Below, one piece after another: positions 1 to 7,830 of a stretch of 64,000 bases of DNA (its first letter is position 1; each line of letters begins with the position of its first letter). The position numbers and the translations under genes are program-made. The stretch spans positions 131,734-195,733 of the forward strand of contig CAYRUS010000002.1 in the NCBI GenBank assembly GCA_964427735.1, written 5' to 3'. Source of the stretch: an uncultured Gammaproteobacteria bacterium (GTDB lineage Bacteria; Patescibacteriota; Microgenomatia; UBA8517). The notes under the pieces are model-generated. The model ran no database searches. It was not told the origin of the DNA and saw only the letters and a program-made list of their open reading frames with translations.

Positions 1-35
1 ATCGTATAAATTTTTATGAACTCGCTCAAAGAGAG

Positions 36-650
36 ATGGAATGGAATCTCCTGGCTGCAGAAGGAAAGTATGCTAGGCTAGCTGATGCAATGGCATCAAA
101 TTTTTCTGTGCTATTTGGTATTCCTTACTATAAACTAGCAAACAATATTATTCACTCATACTTCATTCCAGCCATAAAAATGCACCGAGAATCAGATTGG
201 ACAAATGTCAGAAAAAACCTTGCATCATTTTATTCATTTCTTCAAAACTCTTCTCCAGTTTTATGTAATTTTAACCCTAATATTGTTGCAGAAGAAGAAA
301 CTGAGATTTGGAGAATTAGCGATTTAAATATTTCAGATAATAAAGTACAAAAATTGCTTGTCCCTAAATATATAGCTTTTTATTCAGAAATATTACAATT
401 ACAACCTGATCGATTACAGAATGCAGCATTTTTCAAGAGCATAGCAACAATTGCTCGGCGAAGGTACAAAAGAATCAACAATAAACCTTACCCAAAAATT
501 ATAAAAATGCCTTATAGAGAAATACAGCTACTAATTATGGAAAAACACACTTTTGATTCCTGCAGAGAGTTAGAAAAAGTTAGTTACGGATATACTTATT
601 CTTTTAGAGAAGCAGAGAAAAAGCTGAAAAATTCGAGTAGATCTACTTAA
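36..650 (+). CDS. hypothetical protein (204 aa), no recognisable motif
   Basis: Intact ORF from the six-frame track; coding-like composition; 4-nt tail-to-tail overlap with the next gene. Confidence 0.4.
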   Translation: MEWNLLAAEGKYARLADAMASNFSVLFGIPYYKLANNIIHSYFIPAIKMHRESDWTNVRKNLASFYSFLQNSSPVLCNFNPNIVAEEETEIWRISDLNISDNKVQKLLVPKYIAFYSEILQLQPDRLQNAAFFKSIATIARRRYKRINNKPYPKIIKMPYREIQLLIMEKHTFDSCRELEKVSYGYTYSFREAEKKLKNSSRST

Positions 651-874
651 TTACCTTCCTGCATTCCCAAGAGCCACAACACAGCTTCTTTTTTGTAGCG
701 GCGGTCACCTCGAGAGTTGATTCTAATTGCCGGAAGCTTTCCTCTTTTCCCCCACCTTTTAATTGTCAAAGGAGAAACTCTTAGAAGCTCAGCAACTTCT
801 GTTACTGTTAGTAAATCTGGAAGATTATCAAGCTTCAATTCTTTTTTCTTTTTCTTTGGTTTAACGTCAGACAT
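647..874 (-). CDS. small standalone HTH DNA-binding protein, MerR/excisionase (HTH_17-like) family, Lys-rich N-terminus
   Basis: 75 aa; 'LTVTEVAELLRVSPLTIKRWGKRGKLPAIRI...RRY' matches the HTH_17/excisionase-type helix-turn-helix signature. The same module recurs at the N-termini of ORFs 5701-7059 and 43499-55456. Confidence 0.6.
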   Translation of the reverse strand: MSDVKPKKKKKELKLDNLPDLLTVTEVAELLRVSPLTIKRWGKRGKLPAIRINSRGDRRYKKEAVLWLLGMQEGN

Positions 875-1099
875 TTGTATTTTAAAGAAAAAACTTTAAA
901 GGATTTATCTTGCTCAAACAATATCAAACGTTAACAAGGTATGTCAAGAGGATGTTAATAATTGGTTGTTGGGTTATAGATATTAGAAGATTGAAGTTAG
1001 AAGCTGGAAGTAAGACTTTAGACACTGGCCATTAGTTTTAGGATTCAGGACTTTGAGTACTCGATAAATTTTATTGTAAGTAAATTAGCTAAACTTAAC

Positions 1100-1879
1100 T
1101 TAATATAGATTGTATACTGACTTGTAAGGTGCTCTTCGCTTGACATCCCAGTCTGCAGATCTTTCAAAAGTCTTCCAACCCTCCACTTTTCTGCTGTCTG
1201 TTAATATGAATGCTGATTCCGGTAGTCCGAAGATTTGTCTAGTATCTTCTCCTAGAAAAACTCCGCCGATCACGTTATTATATAGCCATCTACTCACACC
1301 CAGGCTTAAACTTTCAACATTATAAAAAGTTAACACCACCGGTCTTTTATATGCCCCAAAATTAAGCCTAAGAATTTGTTCTACGACCGGGTAGGCTGCT
1401 GATTCTTCATCATATTCATGATATTGTTTTGTAAATGAAAAGTATGCAGGAGCATCGGGTATTTGCTCTAACCTTTTGAGTAAATATAATCCTAAAGCAA
1501 GCATGCAAAATTTGTCTGGATTTTCTTCGGTGGATGCAAATTTAGTAAGTTTTAAAAACTCTTTATCCGACCACCCTGCTTTGAAACGTGATTGGTATTC
1601 CTTTAAATATTCCAAGGCTGTTTGAGGGGAAGAAAAATTAGATAAATCGACTTCATCAGTAATTGCACCTTTATTTACCGCAGTTTTAATTATTTCATTA
1701 ACAACTTGTTCGTGCTTATCCGGGTTGTAACCTCCAACTAAAAACATTTTAGATGGCATTGGATTTACGAAGGATCCATATAGGTTCTCAACTGAACTGT
1801 TGAAATCTTTTTTCAGCCTGTTTGCTTCCTCAGTGTCTGTTTCAACCTGTTCTTGTCTGTCATATTCTGGCTTTGACAT
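1100..1879 (-). CDS. hypothetical protein (259 aa)
   Basis: Long intact ORF; no confidently recognisable family from sequence alone. Confidence 0.45.
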   Translation of the reverse strand: MSKPEYDRQEQVETDTEEANRLKKDFNSSVENLYGSFVNPMPSKMFLVGGYNPDKHEQVVNEIIKTAVNKGAITDEVDLSNFSSPQTALEYLKEYQSRFKAGWSDKEFLKLTKFASTEENPDKFCMLALGLYLLKRLEQIPDAPAYFSFTKQYHEYDEESAAYPVVEQILRLNFGAYKRPVVLTFYNVESLSLGVSRWLYNNVIGGVFLGEDTRQIFGLPESAFILTDSRKVEGWKTFERSADWDVKRRAPYKSVYNLY

Positions 1880-2554
1880 GGTTATAGGATTATAGTTGAA
1901 AGCATGGAGTTTTTTAATTATTTATAAATTAATATTGCCATTCAAACAACACATTTTAACCATTTAACAGGCACAGAAAGAAATAATATTAGCACTTAAC
2001 CTGCTTTATTGCTAAGTATTTAATTTTCTATCTTTCTTCTCTATTTCGGTCTTTTCTCACTATTTTTTGATTTAATTCTTACCTTATTCTTTCACTACAG
2101 GACGTGCGAACATATAAATGGCTTATTCTTATCCGTTTCCCTCTTGTGTTTATCGGATAAAATCCACTTTAGGCACAATTTACCGACAATCTTTGAAGAA
2201 ATATTTAACGATCTTTTCGTCTTATAATCTTGTTAAGGGTCTAAGATTGTTCCCAGTTTTTCGTTAGAACAACGAATGTTGTTACGGCGGTATTTTGACA
2301 GACTACAGGTTGTATTTCCTCAGAGGTTCGATTTATATATGCCCAATATTGAACACAATTTGTAGACAATTTTTAGGTTTATACTATAAGCACTTATCCT
2401 CAATTTGTCCCCAAACAGTTTTATTTCTGCTGTTTATATTATCGGGAGGTTTGACACCAAAAACACACTAAGTAAAACCGAAGTTTTTACACAGACAAGT
2501 GTGAAATACTAGAATGATTTGATTAAAAACTTGGCGTTATAACAAAACCTATAT

Positions 2555-3010
2555 TTATGAAGTAGTCTGGTTTTGATTCATCTCAGAAGCTAAAATCTCT
2601 CTTAAAGCAATACGTACAAAAAAATCAAAATCTGCAGAGCTATTTTTAAGTCTGCTGTCTTCACCAATAGCCTCCATCATAACCTTTCTTACTTCTAGCC
2701 CTGTTTGGTAAGTATTTTTGTCAAACTCGATTTTGTCTTCATCTGCTTCTGGAAGTTCATCGGTTGTAACTAGCCTCATAATCCTCATCACATTCACTAA
2801 TCCTCTTAATACAGACTCTTCATCTAAACCTAGACCAAACTGAAACTCAGCCTTAAGTGCAAGTACATATTTAGACTTTGATTCTAAATTCTTTGCCCCT
2901 TCTTCCATAATTTCCAAAATTCTTTGTCCTTGCGATTGTACTTCATTAAGCTCTGGTCTATATTTATTTATAAAAACTTCTCTTTCTTGATCGAATCTTT
3001 CTTGTACCAT
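2555..3010 (-). CDS. hypothetical protein (151 aa)
   Basis: Intact ORF immediately downstream of mreB on the same strand. Confidence 0.4.
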   Translation of the reverse strand: MVQERFDQEREVFINKYRPELNEVQSQGQRILEIMEEGAKNLESKSKYVLALKAEFQFGLGLDEESVLRGLVNVMRIMRLVTTDELPEADEDKIEFDKNTYQTGLEVRKVMMEAIGEDSRLKNSSADFDFFVRIALREILASEMNQNQTTS

Positions 3011-3055
3011 CTTATTTGCTCGAATTTTAATCTTGTCAACTTATTAAGTCAACTT

Positions 3056-4063
3056 TTACTTTGTAGTTACACTCCTTCTCCAAAGCTCAATATTCTCAAG
3101 CACTAGTCCGGTCCCCCGAACAACACACAAAAGCGGCTCTTCTGCAACATGGGCAGGAACACCAGTTTCCTGAGTTATGAGCTTATCAAAGTTCCTTAAT
3201 TGGCTTGTACCGCCACTCATAACTATTCCTTTATCTATTATGTCAGCTGCAAGCTCTGGGGGTGTGTCTTCTAATACAGCTTTAACCGCACCGATTATTT
3301 GTAATAGTGTCGCATTTATAGCCTCAGTGATTTCGTGAGAAGATACAACAATACTTCTAGGAAGACCAAAAACCAAGTCCCTACCACTTATTTCTAGTTT
3401 TTCCTCCTTCTCCAAAGGTATTGCAGAGCCTATTTTGATCTTGATAAGCTCGGCAGTCTGATCTCCAACAATTAGATTATGTTCTTTTTTAAGATAGGCT
3501 TGTATTGCACCATCAACCTTATTCCCGGATACACGCACTGATTTATGAACCACTACCCCTCCTAGTGAAATCACTGCCGCCTCTGCACTGCCCCCACCTA
3601 TATCAACAATCATATGCCCTGAGGGAGCAGAAACTGGAATTCCAGCTCCTATTGCAGCAGCTAAAGGCTCATCAATTAAATATGAACGTGCTGCACCAGC
3701 TGATAAAGTAGCCTCGAGTGCAGCTCTTCTTTCTACCTGGGTGCATCCAGCAGGGACACAAACCATTACTTCCGGTTTAATAGGCTGAAACCGTCCGCCT
3801 ACTTTTCCAATAAAATATGAAAGCATAGCCTCGGTTACTTGATAATCTGCAATTACCCCTTCCCTCAAAGGTCTACTGGCAACTAAGCTCTCCGGGGTTC
3901 TGCCAAGCATTTTCTTAGCTTCTTCTCCAACAGCCACTACTTTGCTATCATCTACAGAAATTGCCACAACAGTTGGTTCATCTGCCACAATACCTGTTCC
4001 AGCTACCCAAACAACTGTGTTTGCAGTTCCTAAATCAATTGCAATTCTTTTTCTTAAAGACAT
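3056..4063 (-). CDS. mreB: rod shape-determining actin homologue MreB
   Basis: N-terminal 'IDLGTANTVVWV' phosphate-1 motif, 'MIVDIGGGSAEAAVISLGG' phosphate-2/adenosine motifs, 335 aa; all typical of the MreB/Mbl family. Confidence 0.9.
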   Translation of the reverse strand: MSLRKRIAIDLGTANTVVWVAGTGIVADEPTVVAISVDDSKVVAVGEEAKKMLGRTPESLVASRPLREGVIADYQVTEAMLSYFIGKVGGRFQPIKPEVMVCVPAGCTQVERRAALEATLSAGAARSYLIDEPLAAAIGAGIPVSAPSGHMIVDIGGGSAEAAVISLGGVVVHKSVRVSGNKVDGAIQAYLKKEHNLIVGDQTAELIKIKIGSAIPLEKEEKLEISGRDLVFGLPRSIVVSSHEITEAINATLLQIIGAVKAVLEDTPPELAADIIDKGIVMSGGTSQLRNFDKLITQETGVPAHVAEEPLLCVVRGTGLVLENIELWRRSVTTK

Positions 4064-4250
4064 ATAGAAATTTTAAAATTTTTGGATAAAGTCTATTATA
4101 TTTGTATCACAATGATACACTTACAATGTATTAAGATCTATTATTTGACGACTTTAATTAATCTAACTAGCCATTATATGATTAAAAATAAAACACAACA
4201 AGTGTAACAAAAACTGATTTATCTACATACAAATGTTATAATTATTTGTT

Positions 4251-5486
4251 ATGCGTTCTAAAAACCTTGCCCTTATTTCCACTTTCGCATTAGCCATTCT
4301 TATAGCCTCAGGCGTAGCTCTCTATGCTCGCGGCTATAGATTTAACCTTACTTCAAGAAATATTGAACCAAACGGACATTTGGTAATTAAATCTGTACCA
4401 GACGGTGCAGAAGTTTTTATTGATGGAGAATTAGAATCAGCAACAAATGCCAACTTAAGGCTCTCTCCTCAAACCTATGATGTTGAAGTAAGGAAAGAAG
4501 GATATCACACATGGTCAAAACGTATAACAATAGAAAAGGAAGAAGTTACAGAATACACAGCTCATCTTTTTAGAGCTGCACCATCGCTTTCTGCAATCAC
4601 CTTTGCCGGAAGCATCAACCCTACTCCGTCAAATGACTTTACAAAAATTGCATATATTGTTCCTCCATCTGAAGGCACAAATGTAAATGCAACAGACTTA
4701 AATTCAGGTTTATGGGTGATGGAAACAACAAATCTTCCAATTGGATTTTCTAGAGAACCAAGAAGAATTACAGACGGTGATTTAACTAATGCCACTTTTG
4801 AATGGTCACCAAATGGTCGAGAAATTTTACTAACCACAAGAACAGGTACATTTTTATTGAACTCAGGAGAGTTCACTCCACAAGCCCAACGAATAAATAT
4901 TATAAGCAGATTAGAAGAAATAAAAGAAGAATGGGAACTACAAGAAAATGCACGTATAGAAAGCCTTATGCTTTCACTTCCCCAAGAGTTATCTGAGCTT
5001 CTGTCAAGCAAAGTGGAAAAAGTAATATTTTCACCTGATGAAGAAATGGTTTTGTATAGCGTCAAAGAGGCAGCTACACTCAGAGATAGATATAAAGATC
5101 CTATTCCTGGTTCATCTTCTCAACAACAAGAAAGACAACTTCAGCAAAATGGCGTTTATGTTTATGACATAGAAGAAGATAGGAATTATAAGATTGCAGA
5201 TATTAATACAGATGACTTGGAAGAATGTGCTTTAAATACTCCTGCAATTCAACTTTCCTGCAGCTCTACTATTGCTTGGTTTCCTACAGCTAGACACCTT
5301 GTTGTGTCAGAACCCAACAAAATCAGGATAATTGAATACGACGGAACCAATGATGTTCAAGTTTATGCAGGAAGTTATGTCGCTCCATTTGCATTCCCCA
5401 TTGCAAATATAGACAGGCTAATTGCACTTACCAATTTAGGCTCTGATTCTACAACAGCCAACCTTTATTCAGTGGGGATAAAATAG
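4251..5486 (+). CDS. membrane-anchored PEGA-domain protein
   Basis: N-terminal TM helix, then 'VIKSVPDGAEVFIDGELESATNANLRLSPQTYDVEVRKEGYHTWSKRITI', which matches the PEGA domain pattern. Confidence 0.55.
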   Translation: MRSKNLALISTFALAILIASGVALYARGYRFNLTSRNIEPNGHLVIKSVPDGAEVFIDGELESATNANLRLSPQTYDVEVRKEGYHTWSKRITIEKEEVTEYTAHLFRAAPSLSAITFAGSINPTPSNDFTKIAYIVPPSEGTNVNATDLNSGLWVMETTNLPIGFSREPRRITDGDLTNATFEWSPNGREILLTTRTGTFLLNSGEFTPQAQRINIISRLEEIKEEWELQENARIESLMLSLPQELSELLSSKVEKVIFSPDEEMVLYSVKEAATLRDRYKDPIPGSSSQQQERQLQQNGVYVYDIEEDRNYKIADINTDDLEECALNTPAIQLSCSSTIAWFPTARHLVVSEPNKIRIIEYDGTNDVQVYAGSYVAPFAFPIANIDRLIALTNLGSDSTTANLYSVGIK

Positions 5487-5700
5487 AAGCTAGAGGCTGA
5501 ATTTTAAATGCTTGAAAACTAAAGATAGAATTTGGAAGTTTGTTTCTAGATTTTGGGTATTCGACTTTAGTTATTAAAAACCAGATTTTATCTTTTTACT
5601 CCTCACCGAATTTGGACAAGCAAGAAAGTATATTTAACCATTACACAATCAAATAGATTTAACTTAGATACGCAATAAAGTGAAATATAAAGTAAACAAC

Positions 5701-7059
5701 TTACACCCCAAAATACTTGATAACAAAAGAAGCATAAATATTACTTACCTCTGGCAATGAATCTAATTCAACACACTCATTGTAGGAATTGACATTTTCC
5801 CCCCAAGGTCCATAAACCAAAACAGGTATATTTTGCTCATTAAGCAGTGTTCCTGCGTGTTCAAGAGTATCCACAGATATTTCAACTTGATCAGACCTAG
5901 ATCTTTCCAGAATTTCCTTTAAAATTTTGACTGATTTTTCTTCCCTGGAAATGATATAGCCTTCCCTGCCTGAAAGATACTCAAATTCAAACTTTGAACC
6001 ATTAATTGACTGCTGAGTTGTTAATGCATTCATGATTTCGTCTAATATTTCTCTCGTAATATCTGGAGCAGTAGAAAAATAAAGCTCGGCTTCACACTCA
6101 ATAGGAAAAGAATTTACAGTTTTGTTTGATCTTATTTTTGATACTCTTAACTTGGTACTCTCAGAAAATTCACTATGATTGGTGGGAGGAAATGTAACTT
6201 CGTTTAAATTGTTAATAAAATTTGCCATAGAATTAATGGCATTAAATCCACTTTTAAATATTCCCCCTGGCTTTACCAGAGACGGTTTAACAGTTACTTT
6301 ATACCGATGGAAACCAGTTGTACCATTTATTATTTTGTTTGGGCTTGTATTAAGTCCTAATAAAGCTAAGTCAACAGGCAAACCAGCATCATTTATTTTA
6401 TTAAGTCCATGAAATAATCCTTTATCTTGACCTCCATCAAAAACTATTTCTACTCTAATTTCTTCTTCACTTAGATATTTTTTTAAGGCTAGCACAGCGT
6501 AAACCATAGCTACAATTCCACCTTTAGCTTGCAATGCTCCTCTACCAAACATTTTTCCTTCCTCAATCACACCTTCAAACGGTGGGTAATCCCACTCTAT
6601 TTCATCCCCAGGAGGTTCCGTATACAAAGGACAATTTAGTAATATTCCTCTATCTTTGTAGCCTAAAGTAGCCTTAATGGCGATAACCCGATCTTCTGTA
6701 TAAACAAAACTTCGTACTTTGTGATCAGTAAAAATTCGATTAATTGCTTCGGCTAATTGTGCTTCATTTTGGAAATTATCTGAATGGGTAGGTATAGATA
6801 CAAATCTTTGAAGATCGTCTATCATCTCTCCTTTTTTATTTTCCAAGAACGTTCTTATCTCTGCTTGAATATTTTTTTGGACTCCTTTTCCCAAAAACCT
6901 GTCTAATTCTTCCTGAGAAATTAAGTACCTTCTTCCTATTTTTTCAGGTTCAATATTGCCCCTTTTAATCTCACGCAGAACAGTTCTTTCTGAAACCTTC
7001 AACTTATCCGCAACCTCTTGTACTGTAAGTTTAGCCTGCATTTGTCTTCTAGTGTACAC
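5701..7059 (-). CDS. HTH_17-like DNA-binding domain fused to an M20 (ArgE/DapE/carboxypeptidase G2-type) peptidase-like domain
   Basis: N-terminus 'LTVQEVADKLKVSERTVLREIKRGNIEPEKIGRRYLISQEELDRFL' (HTH). The rest carries an M20 hallmark 'MFGRGALQAKGGIVAMVYAVLAL'. The first metal-binding H-x-D-V-V motif reads 'HSDNF' and the catalytic Glu-Glu region reads 'DGGQD'. Confidence 0.65.
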   Translation of the reverse strand: MYTRRQMQAKLTVQEVADKLKVSERTVLREIKRGNIEPEKIGRRYLISQEELDRFLGKGVQKNIQAEIRTFLENKKGEMIDDLQRFVSIPTHSDNFQNEAQLAEAINRIFTDHKVRSFVYTEDRVIAIKATLGYKDRGILLNCPLYTEPPGDEIEWDYPPFEGVIEEGKMFGRGALQAKGGIVAMVYAVLALKKYLSEEEIRVEIVFDGGQDKGLFHGLNKINDAGLPVDLALLGLNTSPNKIINGTTGFHRYKVTVKPSLVKPGGIFKSGFNAINSMANFINNLNEVTFPPTNHSEFSESTKLRVSKIRSNKTVNSFPIECEAELYFSTAPDITREILDEIMNALTTQQSINGSKFEFEYLSGREGYIISREEKSVKILKEILERSRSDQVEISVDTLEHAGTLLNEQNIPVLVYGPWGENVNSYNECVELDSLPEVSNIYASFVIKYFGV

Positions 7060-7830
7060 TAGTGTCCTGTATTAATGCAATATTACTATATTTTTAAGTA
7101 AGGCTGTGGATAACTAGTGTATTAATTGGGTAAGACAAGGTTATGGGATGTAGATCATTAGCCTGGATTTGGTTATTTTAAAGATCCTGGGTAATTGTTA
7201 GGTTATATACTAATAAATCTTTATTTTTATTGAACCTTCATTAAATAAACTATCTTTTATGCTAAGTATTTAATTGCAAATACGAAGTTTAGTATTTTCC
7301 GTGCCTACTGCTTTATTAAAGCGATTTTAAATAGGCTAAAATTTAATAGATATACAAATAGTCATTTAAAAGCTATTGGGTATGGAAAAAGATGTGATAT
7401 AAAACCAAAATGCACTAAAAATAAGAAAGGGATCGTTGGATATTGTATTTTGAACACCGAAAACTAGGAGTTGGATGTTAGATACTAAATTTCAATCTCA
7501 AAATTCAAAACCTCAATAATTACTTCCAAACTTTTTAGACTTGGAATGAAGTGAGTTAGATTATTGCCTACAAAAAATTTCATCTCGACAAGTTGAGCGA
7601 ATACTTATTAAACATCGTGACTGTCCGCACTTGCTACGGCAAGCAAGTTGAGCGATATAACATGAGCAGAGCGGGAAGCTATGAAATTTTTTCTAGGCTG
7701 CCCTTCTTTGATACTTTCCTGGGCATGCAAGAAAGTATATTTAACATAGTATCAAAAGTATTTTATGAAGATGAATAGAATATTATTTCTTTTTTAACTC
7801 TCTAACAAAAAAGAAGTATTTGAATTAAAC

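Noticed and set aside
7593-7778. 61-aa plus-strand ORF in the long intergenic region
   Set aside because: It sits in an AT-rich non-coding stretch and overlaps the dispersed 19-nt repeat, with no recognisable protein features. It is more likely non-coding.
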